64,000 nucleotides of DNA from Candidatus Nanohalarchaeota archaeon (GCA_022729235.1 JALDAJ010000001.1:736001-800000); one strand, 5' to 3'; counted from the stretch's first letter, positions 1 through 9,350 are shown. The notes: generated from the letters alone by a model not told the origin. Program-made: numbers and translations.

Positions 1-198
1 GAGTTCGTTCTGGATGTACTTGGAAACGTGCTTCTGCTCCCGTCCGAATGCTTCCACAATCTCCTTGAAGTTCTCGATAACAGTATTTGAACCGGACTTC
101 TTCGTCTCCGCGACAGGAACCTCAAAACGCTCGCCCTGCTCCTCTACCTCCGGTACCTCTTCCATACCTTTTTCCAGCAAATCTTCGTAGTCAGTCAT
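1..198 (-). CDS. eif2b: Translation initiation factor aIF-2 beta subunit (N-terminal part; runs off the window)
   Basis: Manual translation from ATG at 198: MTDYEDLLEKGMEEVPEVEEQGERFEVPVAETKKSGSNTVIENFKEIVEAFGREQKHVSKYIQNEL, matching the archaeal aIF-2beta N-terminus (YExLL...RFEvP...T.I.NF..I...L.R...H..KY...EL). Not in the ORF track. Confidence 0.88.
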   Translation of the reverse strand, partial: MTDYEDLLEKGMEEVPEVEEQGERFEVPVAETKKSGSNTVIENFKEIVEAFGREQKHVSKYIQNEL

Positions 199-260
199 AT
201 CCCTGTCTTGTAAGCGAAGTTTCTTAACTGCTTTTCCAGTCGGGTATCTGTTTTTATACA

Positions 261-737
261 TTGGGCTTGCGATGCAGGCAGGCGATAAACGTGACTTACG
301 ACGAACTTTTCCACGGTACTAGAAGAGATGAACGGGATGAAAAACAGTATATCAAGAGCCGAACCGAATACGTGTTGCCCTGGCAGGATTCTCTGGAAGA
401 CTTTGTGCAGGATGCTATAGATGAGGGTGCTACTGATTTCGAGGTGTTTCTTGAGCCTGAAGACTGCATAGATGGCGGAGGAGGTTATGAATCCCCGGAT
501 ACGTGGCTGTTCAACGTAGGTGTGAGAACGGAGACCGAGGATGCGAATATGGAGTACATCCACTCACGGAGTGAGAGGTCTGATTTCGCGAACTTCCACG
601 AGGTCCATAATGAGGCTGAACAGGTGTTCGGAGGGGACCTGAAATATCTTAGAGGTGAAGTTGCCAAGAAAGCCTGTACCTATGCAGATGAGAGTGAAGA
701 GGTCGGGGTTACAGTGAAAGGTCTGGCTTACAAGTAA
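261..737 (+). CDS. Hypothetical acidic protein (true start may be slightly downstream)
   Basis: 158-aa ORF with the acidic composition typical of this genome; no recognised motif. Confidence 0.6.
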   Translation: MGLRCRQAINVTYDELFHGTRRDERDEKQYIKSRTEYVLPWQDSLEDFVQDAIDEGATDFEVFLEPEDCIDGGGGYESPDTWLFNVGVRTETEDANMEYIHSRSERSDFANFHEVHNEAEQVFGGDLKYLRGEVAKKACTYADESEEVGVTVKGLAYK

Positions 738-745
738 ACCGGTTT

Positions 746-1489
746 CTAAAGCTTCTTAATCTTCCCTGGGTTGGGTTCGTAGAACGTCCCTTCGCTAAGT
801 AGGGAGTTGATTGTGTCTTCAAGCTGGTCTTCATCCGTGTCGATTTCATCCGCGATGTCGCTGTAATCCGCTCCGTCACCCTCGTCGAGTCTTTCCACGG
901 CGTCGATGACTTTGCGTTCTAGGTTCTCCCGGTTTTCGTTGTTCCCTGTGTCGAACTGTTCTCCAAACGATTGCAGTAGTGCATCGACTTCATCTTCTTC
1001 AAGTTTACCTGCCATCTCTTTCTCGATTTCGTCCTGGCTTTTTCCTGACTCCTTGAGCTGTTTCACGGTACTTCTTATCTGCTGCCACTCCTCCCTTGTT
1101 TTCCTTTTCCTTAACTGGTGGAGTAGCTCGTGCTCTACATCCTGTTTTACAAGTATCTCTGCGTTCATGTAGACCTGACCCTGGTACTCCCGTACCTTGC
1201 CGACTGCTTCAACTATGTCGCCTACTTCGAAGTCTTCCATCGGTTCGAGTTCGTTGAAGAATTTAAGCTGTGTGGTATCGGTTCCATCATCCACTGTTAT
1301 CGCGCCGTAGGTCTCATCTTCGTTGATGAATGTGTCGACAACAGTCCCGACTATCCTTGCTCTTGAAAGTCTCTTACCTCCGGGTGTTAGAAGGTAGTTG
1401 GGTGTGAAACCTTCTTTCTGGAAATATTTTCCGGAGTTAAGTTCTTCCGCATCTGTCAGCTTCGCTGTCTGTCTCTTCTGCTGTGGCAT
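746..1489 (-). CDS. Replication protein A RPA32-like subunit (OB fold plus C-terminal winged helix)
   Basis: RARIVGTVV...ITVDDGT...VEAVGKVREYQG OB-fold signature; C-terminal wHTH (IxSLLSEGTFYEPNPGKIKKL). Confidence 0.8.
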   Translation of the reverse strand: MPQQKRQTAKLTDAEELNSGKYFQKEGFTPNYLLTPGGKRLSRARIVGTVVDTFINEDETYGAITVDDGTDTTQLKFFNELEPMEDFEVGDIVEAVGKVREYQGQVYMNAEILVKQDVEHELLHQLRKRKTREEWQQIRSTVKQLKESGKSQDEIEKEMAGKLEEDEVDALLQSFGEQFDTGNNENRENLERKVIDAVERLDEGDGADYSDIADEIDTDEDQLEDTINSLLSEGTFYEPNPGKIKKL

Positions 1490-1583
1490 ACTTTTCTTCT
1501 TGGACTAAAATGTTAAGAATCCAATGTATGTAGCGAATATCTGGCTCGAGTTATTTAACATTTTGATCTCTAAGAGCTGACTA

Positions 1584-1967
1584 ATGAGACTTTGGAGGGA
1601 TGAAGAGGTTCCTGAGGGATTAGAGACTCTTTTAGAGGAAACAAGGGGGTCTGATCCTGTAGCTGACCATCGTAACGAAGTACATAACGCTTTGCAGGAA
1701 AATTCGAGATATGTTCTCTATGTCGATTCTCATGATAGAGAAAGGGTTTCTATAGGAACTGTTGAGGATGGAGAGTTTGATGTAGAACTTGCTTTCTACA
1801 GAGGACGTGACTACGGGGATAAAGAGGTTTACAGTCGTCTTCCTAGAGGGATTATCTCTGAGCTGAGTTACTCTCTTGAAGAACTGTCTGATGGTCAGGA
1901 AGGAAGTCATCCGCTGGGAAGTTTCAAATCCTATAAATTCGTTGAGATGCCTGATTTGGAGAAGTAA
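1584..1967 (+). CDS. Hypothetical protein
   Basis: 127-aa acidic ORF with a TATA-like TTTAA about 30 nt upstream; no recognised motif. Confidence 0.6.
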   Translation: MRLWRDEEVPEGLETLLEETRGSDPVADHRNEVHNALQENSRYVLYVDSHDRERVSIGTVEDGEFDVELAFYRGRDYGDKEVYSRLPRGIISELSYSLEELSDGQEGSHPLGSFKSYKFVEMPDLEK

Positions 1968-1970
1968 TGA

Positions 1971-3959
1971 TCAGACCTGCTGGATGTGTCCGGGTTGTGG
2001 TTCCCAGAGGTCACCCTCTCGTTTGAGTCGGTTTATGATTTCTTCTGCAGTGTCCTGGTCAAGACCCTGTTCTTTTGCGGTTTCGATGATTTCTTCGACT
2101 TCTACTGGGCTGTCGTCTCCTCCTTGGCTGCGGATGATTTGTTTCACTGTCTGTAGCCTGTTGCGCTGTGAGCTTGAGACACCGCTTTCTATCATGTCGA
2201 TGTCGTAGTCACCTGTCTCAGGGTCGACTCCTATCTGTTGCAGGCAGTAAGTCAGTATGTCGATGGCGCGTTGAGCATCTTTCTCGATAACTTCTTCCCG
2301 TAGTTCTGTTCTTGCGGAGGCTTCTGCGACACGCACGAGCGCCTCTAACTGGCGGGCGGTGATTGGTACGCTGTCGCCTTCTTCCTGTCCGCTTTCACGC
2401 ATATTTACGTAGAACTCCTGTATCTGGTCCGCTGCCTCCTGGGTCAGGTCGGGGCGCAGGTTCTTTGCGTGAGCCACGTATTTTCTCAGTATCTCGGCAT
2501 CGATTTCCGCGTCAGTTTCCTCCGGATCCATATGGTTCTGGAGTACTTTGCGCGAGAGCTCCTTGTCTTTTTCCTGGTCGGGTTCGTCTTTCACGGGAAA
2601 TATGAAGTCGAACCTGGAGAGCAGTGTGTCGCCCAGATCTATCTGCTGTGGTATAGGCTCGTAAGGATCGAACCGCCCGAGCTTGGGGTTACCTGCCGCG
2701 AGGATGGAGGTCTGTGCGTTAAGTGTTGCCTGGATGTTTGCCTTTGCAACAGATATCTGCTGCTGTTCCATCGCCTCGTGGAGTGAGCTCCTATCTTCGG
2801 TTCCCATCTTGTCGATTTCGTCGATGGATGCTAAACCTTTGTGCGCGAGGACAACTGCTCCCGCCTCAAGTTCGAATTCGCCTGTCTGCTCGTTCCTTAC
2901 CGCCGCGGCGGTTAGACCGGCTCCGGTTGATGACTTACCGACCACGTATCTTCCTTTCGGTGCGAGTTCTCCCGTGAACTTGAGTATCTGTGACTTACCT
3001 GTTCCCGGCTCTCCGATGAGTAGTATGTGTAGGTCGCCCCTGGACACGACTCCGTCTTCCCGCGTCTTCTGGACGCCGCCAAATAGCTGGAGTGCGACTG
3101 CTTCCTTGACCTTTTCGTGACCGTAGATGCTTGGTGCGATGGAGTCGGCTATCCTCTGGAATATCTTCGGGTCGTCGCCAAGTTCTTCTATCTCTTCGAT
3201 TTCCTCTTCGCTCAGTTCAAGTTCCTCGAATTCCTGTTCGGTGGGGTCGAGGTAGTTCGCGTCCATGTAGATGTCGTATTTCTTTGAGTTCTTCTGGAAG
3301 GGTTGTTCTCTGAGAATCCCGGTGATGTGGGCGACGTTACCCGGCACCACTTTTTTCTGGAAATCCGGGTCGACCAGGTCACCCTCCAATCGCACATTTA
3401 TGGTCGCGGGCTGTTCCGAGCCCTCTCTCGATTCCGGGTTTTCTTCTAGTACAATGTTCTGCGTGTCGGTCATGACCTTTTCCACGACCTCGAACTTTCG
3501 GGAGCCGCACTCGCACTTGTAAGGCGACTTTAACTCGCTCGAATCCTGTTCCTTCTCGTACTGGTCTCCGCATTGGGTGCACTCGAAGATACCCATCTTG
3601 ATCTCCGGTTTGACCTGCGAGGCGCGTTTTATCATTCCTTCCAGTGGGACGAACTTCCCGATGTGCTCGGAGCGCAGGTTCTTTAGCTTGACAAAGTCCT
3701 CCTCCGGCATGTTCTCGAACCGGACCTGGAGTTCCTCATCCGATATTATGTCAACTCCTTTCACTCCTTCTTCCGCCGCATCCACGGCGCTGTCAGGGTT
3801 TTCTCTCAGGTAGTCCGAGAGCCGGGGTTCAAATATGTCGAGTTCCTGGAAGTCTACAACAACGGAGTCTTCTCCGTCTTGGACAGCTTCAGCTACCTGT
3901 CTGTACCATTTCTGTGAGAAGAATTCTTCGAACTCTCTCACCGCCTCCCCGTAATCCAT
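1971..3959 (-). CDS. mcm: Replicative helicase MCM
   Basis: Zn finger CTQC...CEC, Walker A GEPGTGKS, Walker B IDEIDKM, arginine finger SRFD, ITARQLE, C-terminal wHTH; no intein. Confidence 0.98.
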   Translation of the reverse strand: MDYGEAVREFEEFFSQKWYRQVAEAVQDGEDSVVVDFQELDIFEPRLSDYLRENPDSAVDAAEEGVKGVDIISDEELQVRFENMPEEDFVKLKNLRSEHIGKFVPLEGMIKRASQVKPEIKMGIFECTQCGDQYEKEQDSSELKSPYKCECGSRKFEVVEKVMTDTQNIVLEENPESREGSEQPATINVRLEGDLVDPDFQKKVVPGNVAHITGILREQPFQKNSKKYDIYMDANYLDPTEQEFEELELSEEEIEEIEELGDDPKIFQRIADSIAPSIYGHEKVKEAVALQLFGGVQKTREDGVVSRGDLHILLIGEPGTGKSQILKFTGELAPKGRYVVGKSSTGAGLTAAAVRNEQTGEFELEAGAVVLAHKGLASIDEIDKMGTEDRSSLHEAMEQQQISVAKANIQATLNAQTSILAAGNPKLGRFDPYEPIPQQIDLGDTLLSRFDFIFPVKDEPDQEKDKELSRKVLQNHMDPEETDAEIDAEILRKYVAHAKNLRPDLTQEAADQIQEFYVNMRESGQEEGDSVPITARQLEALVRVAEASARTELREEVIEKDAQRAIDILTYCLQQIGVDPETGDYDIDMIESGVSSSQRNRLQTVKQIIRSQGGDDSPVEVEEIIETAKEQGLDQDTAEEIINRLKREGDLWEPQPGHIQQV

Positions 3960-3977
3960 AGCATTACAGTGTTGGGT

Positions 3978-3993
3978 GGAAAGAGTGAAAAAC
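3978..3993 (+). promoter_or_regulatory. Upstream motif GGAAAGAGTGAAAAAC shared by both PCD paralogues (copy 1)
   Basis: 15/16 identical to 4335-4350 and at nearly the same distance from the ATG. Confidence 0.5.
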
Positions 3994-4013
3994 CTTCAAG
4001 CACTCTAGTAACT

Positions 4014-4319
4014 ATGGCAGAAGACAAGGTGCTTTCCGAGGAAGAGATACAGGAACAACTGGAAGATATGAGTATATGGGGTTTGCAGTTTGAAAGACTT
4101 ACAACTAGAGTTGAGTTCGAGAACTACAAAGAGGCAGTTTTCTTCGCAAACACAGTGTTCTCACTTGCAGAAGAGGCGTTCCACCATCCAGAGGTCAAGG
4201 TGGAGTACGGTGCCGTCGAGATCGATCTCTTCACGCACGAGGTCGAAGGTGTTACCGAGGCAGACATAGAGATGGCGAGGAAGATAGAGGAAAAGGCTCA
4301 CGAGATAGACTGGGAGTAA
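4014..4319 (+). CDS. Pterin-4-alpha-carbinolamine dehydratase (PCD/DCoH family), catalytic motif intact
   Basis: E-x3-HHP-x5-Y-x9-H-x8-D motif (AEEAFHHPEVKVEYGAVEIDLFTHEVEGVTEAD); ATG at 4014. Confidence 0.9.
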   Translation: MAEDKVLSEEEIQEQLEDMSIWGLQFERLTTRVEFENYKEAVFFANTVFSLAEEAFHHPEVKVEYGAVEIDLFTHEVEGVTEADIEMARKIEEKAHEIDWE

Positions 4320-4334
4320 TATTCGGTGTTTCTA

Positions 4335-4350
4335 GGAAAGAGTCAAAAAC
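4335..4350 (+). promoter_or_regulatory. Upstream motif GGAAAGAGTCAAAAAC (copy 2)
   Basis: Near-identical to 3978-3993; precedes the second PCD paralogue. Confidence 0.5.
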
Positions 4351-4371
4351 GTGCTTTCTAAAGGACTATCT

Positions 4372-4668
4372 ATGACGGAGAAACTCTCTGAGGAAGAGGT
4401 ATCGGAAGCTGTAGACGGACTGAGCATATGGGGTTTTGAGTCAGGCAGGTTTGCTACACGTGTAGAGTTCGAGAATTATGACGAAGTCGTCCTTTTCGCG
4501 AACACAGTGTTCAACATCGCCGATGAAGAAGGTAAGTATCCCGAGGTGCAGGCGAATGAGGATGCAGTCCTTATCGATTTATGGACTCCTGACGTAGGGA
4601 TTACGAAAGCAGATGTTGAACTAGCGCGTAAGATCGAGGAGAAGCTGAGGAGTATGGACTGGGAATGA
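4372..4668 (+). CDS. PCD-like paralogue lacking the catalytic histidines
   Basis: Tandem paralogue of 4014-4319 (shared SIWG, TRVEFENY, FANTVF, ARKIEEK, DWE), but HHP becomes KYP and TH becomes TP. Confidence 0.85.
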   Translation: MTEKLSEEEVSEAVDGLSIWGFESGRFATRVEFENYDEVVLFANTVFNIADEEGKYPEVQANEDAVLIDLWTPDVGITKADVELARKIEEKLRSMDWE

Positions 4669-4703
4669 ATGTTTTTTTAAGGTGGAGACCTCTATAGTTT
4701 CCT

Positions 4704-5108
4704 ATGGCTGCGTCTACACAAGAAAGACAGTTATTTGAGAGGCTTGAGAGCTTTGACCCTGACGCCATGATTGAAAACGCTCTGATAGCCAAGGAGGGGC
4801 TGGAAAGACTGGAAGAGATCATAACCGTCGAGGTTCAGGAAATCGAAGTCATTCAGAATGAGATAAGGGATTTATCTAGTAAGGCGATGAACGGAGGCCT
4901 TGAACCCGAAGAGCTTCAGGAATTAAAGGACTTGATGAGTCACGAGGAGAAGTTCAAGTACGTCATGGAGAGTATCGAAGACTTTGCGGATTCTGAACAA
5001 GGCCAGGCTCTACGGGATTTACTGAATAATGCGGATAAGATGGAGGAGCGCATGGACCGGTTAGAACGCGTGACTGCAGAGATAAGAGAGATGGAAACAC
5101 AGGGTTAA
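4704..5108 (+). CDS. Hypothetical helical/coiled-coil protein
   Basis: 134-aa E-rich ORF with heptad-like character. Confidence 0.65.
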   Translation: MAASTQERQLFERLESFDPDAMIENALIAKEGLERLEEIITVEVQEIEVIQNEIRDLSSKAMNGGLEPEELQELKDLMSHEEKFKYVMESIEDFADSEQGQALRDLLNNADKMEERMDRLERVTAEIREMETQG

Positions 5109-5563
5109 TCTAGAAGTTTGAGCTGGTTCCAGAGTAAGTCAAGAGAGTAACTCTCTCCTTCTTGATACTTTTCTAAGACCTTTTTTCTATTTTCATGTCT
5201 TAAATCGAGTTCCGGAATTTTCTCCTTCGGTATGAATTTAACATCCAGTATCTCTCCTTTCCCAGGAGGTTCTTCAAATTTTTTCTCTACAGGTTCTGCA
5301 GTGAATCTAAAAGAAATGTTCTCAGTTCCGTCTCTCTGATTAAGCTCCTTGTAAACTCCAAGGAATCCTGTGATTTCGATTTTATAGCCGGTTTCTTCCA
5401 GTACCTCTCTTTTTACGCACTCAATAATTGACTCTCTATCCTCCCATCCTCCACCTGGAAAGTCCCATGTCTCGTGAACATGGTCTTTCCCTTCTTGAAC
5501 CATCAGAATCTCTCCTTTATCGTTTTCAACAATTGCTCCTGCACTGGCGTAGAAAGATGACAT
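5105..5563 (-). CDS. NUDIX hydrolase
   Basis: Nudix box PGGGWEDRESIIECVKREVLEETG. Confidence 0.92.
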   Translation of the reverse strand: MSSFYASAGAIVENDKGEILMVQEGKDHVHETWDFPGGGWEDRESIIECVKREVLEETGYKIEITGFLGVYKELNQRDGTENISFRFTAEPVEKKFEEPPGKGEILDVKFIPKEKIPELDLRHENRKKVLEKYQEGESYSLDLLWNQLKLLD

Positions 5564-5974
5564 TTATTTCTCCTTGATTATGTGTTTCCGCGCTAGTTTT
5601 ATGATTTCTTCTGCTCTTTCTTTTTGGGTTGTTTCGCCTCTGTATCTTATATCGTTCCTAAGTTTTCTGAATTGGTTTATTTTGTTAGCTTCTGCTTCTG
5701 TCAGTATGTTGTTTTCTTTTGCGTATGCGATTATTGCTTCGTGGTTGTATGGTTTGTAGCCTTGCTCTGCCATGAACGATTGTAGGCGCTGTCTCAGGGC
5801 TTCGTAGGCGTCTTCAAACTTGAATGTTGCGTTTTCTTCTGTTAGTTCTGACTTTCCTATCTGTTGTTTGAACCGGTTTTCGGCCTGTTTCTTCAGTGAT
5901 TTTGCCTCTGATTTTGATGACGATCCGGTTCTTACCTTTCCTTCTTTTAGGTATTCTTCGAAGCTTTTCATCAT
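5564..5974 (-). CDS. HEPN-domain protein (toxin of an MNT-HEPN pair)
   Basis: All-helical 136 aa with AYEA...GY...H...RKLRNDIRY (Rx4H-like motif ending in Y); overlaps the upstream MNT gene by 4 nt. Confidence 0.8.
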   Translation of the reverse strand: MMKSFEEYLKEGKVRTGSSSKSEAKSLKKQAENRFKQQIGKSELTEENATFKFEDAYEALRQRLQSFMAEQGYKPYNHEAIIAYAKENNILTEAEANKINQFRKLRNDIRYRGETTQKERAEEIIKLARKHIIKEK

Positions 5975-6492
5975 TCCATTTCCAGATAGCCATACAGTGT
6001 TATTCCATTGGCAAGTGTTTCGAGCATGTTCCTTGGTATTTCTTCTTTTTTGAACTCTGTTACTGATACTTCTCTATCCATTATCTCCTCTTCTGTGTCT
6101 GCAGTTTCTGTGGTTATGACTGCTATGTCTATATCGCTATCCTCCACATCCTCTCCCTTTGCGAAGCTCCCGAAAAGCACAATTGCTTCAGGATATGAGT
6201 ATTTTTCTACTATTTGATCTATTAAAGAGCTTTGATAAAGTTTTTCCAGATTTATAACTTGTTTTAGTCTTAAAGCGTCTATATTATCTCTTTTAAAGGT
6301 TGTTAGTCTCTGATTTCCTCTCTTTCTTGTCTTGACTATGCCTTCTTCTTCGAACTTCCTGATTTTCTCCGAGATCCAGGGCTTTGACAGTCCGGTCTCT
6401 CTTGCGACCTCAGATATACTGAATTCTGTAGTTGGATGAGTACAGAAGAATTTCAGCAGCTCGGTTTCAGCATCGTTAATTAAACTTAACAT
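5971..6492 (-). CDS. wHTH plus minimal nucleotidyltransferase (MNT) antitoxin
   Basis: N-terminal HTH (FSISEVARETGLSKPWIS) and LFGSFAKGEDVEDSDIDIAVI MNT motif. Confidence 0.9.
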   Translation of the reverse strand: MLSLINDAETELLKFFCTHPTTEFSISEVARETGLSKPWISEKIRKFEEEGIVKTRKRGNQRLTTFKRDNIDALRLKQVINLEKLYQSSLIDQIVEKYSYPEAIVLFGSFAKGEDVEDSDIDIAVITTETADTEEEIMDREVSVTEFKKEEIPRNMLETLANGITLYGYLEME

Positions 6493-6520
6493 ATGTTAAC
6501 TAATATTAATGAATGTTAAT
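6486..6520. promoter_or_regulatory. Putative autoregulatory operator of the MNT-HEPN operon
   Basis: Perfect 14-bp palindrome TTAACATATGTTAA (6486-6499) over the MNT start codon, plus a related copy TTAATGAATGTTAA (6506-6519). Confidence 0.6.
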
Positions 6521-6662
6521 AAAAGTTTAGACGTGGATGGTAGAGAGGAGCATTTGTGAATTCAGATAATTATACTGGCTTTTCCTCTAGAACGCTTTTG
6601 GTTGTATCTCAGGATCTGTCAGCCAACATCTTTGTCTTAAGAAAAGAAAGGATGTAAAAAAC

Positions 6663-7232
6663 TTACTCGAGAGCCCCGATTTCCTGGAGGTTCTCTTTCA
6701 GTCTTGAGATTCCTTCCTGTACGTCGTCGTAGGTTCTGCCTCCTGTGCAGACTATGCGTCCTGAGGAGAACAGCAGGAACACTACTTTAGGATCGTCGAG
6801 CCTGTATACGAGTCCTGGGAACTGTTCCGGTTCGTACTCTGTACCGACGAGTTCGAAAGCTATCCTGTTCAGGTTAAGAGTCTGCCCTAGTTCCGACGAA
6901 GCTACCATGTTCTGGACAGTTATGTCCGGCTTGGTCTCGATATCTACTTCTGCTTCCCGCAGTTCGTCGATGATCTTGTGTACTGCGTCCTTTGCCATCT
7001 CCGGGCTCTGTGTTCCGGTACAGACGACCTTTCCGGAGCCGAAAATCAGTGCTGCGGCTTTCGGTTCTTTCAGTCTGTATACGAGTCCTGGGAACTGCTC
7101 TGGTTCGTATTCTGTGTTTTCGAGGTAGATTGCGATTCTGTCGAGAGGCATCCTCCGGTCGAGTGTTGTGGAGGCAACGACGTTCTCAATTTTGATGTTT
7201 TCATCTTTTTTGATCTCGTGTTCTTGGGCCAT
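6663..7232 (-). CDS. tbp: TATA-box binding protein
   Basis: Two TBP repeats (NVVAS/NMVAS, YEPEQFPGLVYR, IFGSGKVVCTG/LFSSGRIVCTG); GGTGA SD 6 nt before the ATG. Confidence 0.98.
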   Translation of the reverse strand: MAQEHEIKKDENIKIENVVASTTLDRRMPLDRIAIYLENTEYEPEQFPGLVYRLKEPKAAALIFGSGKVVCTGTQSPEMAKDAVHKIIDELREAEVDIETKPDITVQNMVASSELGQTLNLNRIAFELVGTEYEPEQFPGLVYRLDDPKVVFLLFSSGRIVCTGGRTYDDVQEGISRLKENLQEIGALE

Positions 7233-7441
7233 TGATAATCACCTGGGAATCCGGGAGAAAGACTTCCCGCTTTTATATAGTTTATAACCTGTTTAAAAAG
7301 GAACTCTTTTAAAAAGGAGGGTGTTTTCAGAATACGGGTTACTTCAAAACGTTTTATGCAGGAAGACCTATTCGTTTGATTTACTAGCGTTCTAAGACGT
7401 GAAAGGTTTGTTTCAAAAGCGTGGAGTGACACTTTGAATCT

Positions 7442-7663
7442 ATGGAGACATATCAAAGACAGCTGGTACTTCTTATAGGGTTCATGTCGCTGTTGGCGGC
7501 GGTAGTGCTTTTTCTGTTCGTCTATGCGCCTGAACCTCTTGATGTTCCATCGGTCAGTGTTGCCCTGCCCGAACCTGTTTATGAAGGGTTAAATGCGAGT
7601 CTAGAGGGGTGGAGGTCGCTCATGTCTGATGTTGGAACGGGTGTCAACGCTACTACTTCCTGA
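7442..7663 (+). CDS. Small membrane-anchored hypothetical protein
   Basis: One N-terminal hydrophobic helix. Confidence 0.55.
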   Translation: METYQRQLVLLIGFMSLLAAVVLFLFVYAPEPLDVPSVSVALPEPVYEGLNASLEGWRSLMSDVGTGVNATTS

Positions 7664-7665
7664 TT

Positions 7666-7995
7666 TTACTCTTCAAGAGACGTGATAGTGCCCGAGACCT
7701 TTTTTACCTCAAGAAAGCCTTTTTCTCCTCCTAACTCATTAATCAGCGCCAGGGCTGCCCGGAGGTCGCTTTCCCGGGCGGTGTTAACTCTCATTACTCC
7801 TTTCTGGGTATCTTCATCGAACTTGTTTCCGATTATCCAGAAATCTGCCTCACTGCATCCTTTTGAACCGAGGAAACCGAGTGCTGAATCCCAGACAGCG
7901 TTTACTACGTCGCCGAGTTCTACCGGTGTCTCCGAGTGTATTTTGAAGCATAGGTAACGCTGTTTTTCCCTGAGAGAGGGAGGTAACCTATTCAT
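7666..7995 (-). CDS. rnp2: RNase P protein component Pop5 (Rnp2)
   Basis: LPPSLREKQRYL...VSGTI signature; adjacent to Rpp30 and L15e as in the conserved archaeal cluster. Confidence 0.93.
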   Translation of the reverse strand: MNRLPPSLREKQRYLCFKIHSETPVELGDVVNAVWDSALGFLGSKGCSEADFWIIGNKFDEDTQKGVMRVNTARESDLRAALALINELGGEKGFLEVKKVSGTITSLEE

Positions 7996-8609
7996 CCTTC
8001 TTCAACCTCCACGCCTGGTCGGACGACGCCACCGTCCTTAGCTTTCTTGGCTCGCTCCAGTATGTTTTTTGGGTGTTTGGAGACTGCTTTGCTGCCTTTG
8101 TGTCCGAGAGAGTCGATAATCGATTTCAGGTCGCGTGGCGCCCTCAGCTCGTACCTGTCGCTGGCTCCAGTTGTTATTACGTAGGGCGTACCGTACTTTT
8201 CGCACAGCTTCAGGTTGCGGCGCCAGTGTTTCAGGATATGTGATTTTTGCTTGCTCCCTGTCACTAACTGCTGGAGGTCGAAACCTATCGCAACCTTGTT
8301 TTCAGCAGCTTCCTCCGCGACTACATGGTCGATTCCTGAATCTTTTCTTCCATGTTCCGGGTGCAGGAGAATATCTACTCTTGTATCTGAGACAGCCTTC
8401 CTGTTAAGTTCTTCATCCCCGCCCTTGAATACCAGGACGTCAGCGTCTTCGCGCTTGTCGCCTATCTTCCGCTTCAACTCGCCCCAGTCATCTGCCTCCA
8501 GGAAAACGGTTGTGAACTCGCAGTTAGTCTTGCTCCATCCCAGTTCTTCCGCGAACTCCTTCATCTTGTCAGAAGTGTTGCGGAGACAGAGGTCGTAGAA
8601 GTTGGTCAT
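7992..8609 (-). CDS. rnp3: RNase P protein component Rpp30 (Rnp3)
   Basis: LNRKAV...VDILLHP...GIDHVVA...LRAPRDL; PHP-like Rpp30 pattern and gene order. Confidence 0.92.
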   Translation of the reverse strand: MTNFYDLCLRNTSDKMKEFAEELGWSKTNCEFTTVFLEADDWGELKRKIGDKREDADVLVFKGGDEELNRKAVSDTRVDILLHPEHGRKDSGIDHVVAEEAAENKVAIGFDLQQLVTGSKQKSHILKHWRRNLKLCEKYGTPYVITTGASDRYELRAPRDLKSIIDSLGHKGSKAVSKHPKNILERAKKAKDGGVVRPGVEVEEG

Positions 8610-8653
8610 GGGAAAATATTGTATTAAATAGTTAAGAATCGGAGGGAAAGATT

Positions 8654-9229
8654 CTACTTCCCGCGTCCTTCGTTAGATGCCTGGCTTGGTCTTACCTTTT
8701 CGGCGCCCTTACCTTTGTTCCCTAGTCCGCGGCTTTCCTTCGAGGCAGGAGTCTTGCCCCGCTCAACGCGGTCGCGCTGTTCACAGATCCAGTTCACGTC
8801 ATCGTCGCTTTCGATCTGCGGGTGATCGGGGTCGACCATGATAATTTCGTACCATTTGTAGTTACCGTCTTCTGCAACCCAGTAAGAGTTGAGCACTTCC
8901 AGGTTGTCGTACCTGTCAGATGCACGCTGCTCCGCGATGACACGTTTCGACTTCTTCGGTGAGAAACGGGTCTGTCCTGTCCTCTTAGGTCTCCTGCCTG
9001 CGGTCAGTCTTTCTCTCTTGCTGTGTCCCTTGGTAACTCTTGAACGTACTACTGTGAATCCTTCCTTTGCTTTGTACCCGAGCTGTCGCGCCTTCGGGAT
9101 GCGAGTTGGATTATCGACTTTTACTATTGCATCCTGGTCTCTCCATTCCACGAGACGTTCCTGCCAGAGTTCGTCTAGGTTCTCCTTCGGTTGCTCGTAC
9201 TGTTCACGGGCGTATTTGTAGTAGCTCAT
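8654..9229 (-). CDS. rpl15e: 50S ribosomal protein L15e
   Basis: PTR..KAR.LGYKAK.G, LEVLNSYWVAEDG.YKWYEIIMVDP, KVRPS motifs. Confidence 0.98.
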   Translation of the reverse strand: MSYYKYAREQYEQPKENLDELWQERLVEWRDQDAIVKVDNPTRIPKARQLGYKAKEGFTVVRSRVTKGHSKRERLTAGRRPKRTGQTRFSPKKSKRVIAEQRASDRYDNLEVLNSYWVAEDGNYKWYEIIMVDPDHPQIESDDDVNWICEQRDRVERGKTPASKESRGLGNKGKGAEKVRPSQASNEGRGK

Positions 9230-9350
9230 ACCTTGGAAAGAGTAGGAAAATATTATAAACCTCTTGCCAAGTGTTGTGATTTGGAGATTCTAGCCTAGCT
9301 GACGGCGAAACCTATAAAACACATGTATGTTATCATTCTCGTGTGATACT

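Noticed and set aside
6790-7115. Internal nucleotide repeat in tbp (YEPEQFPGLVYRL twice)
   Set aside because: Normal two-repeat architecture of TBP.
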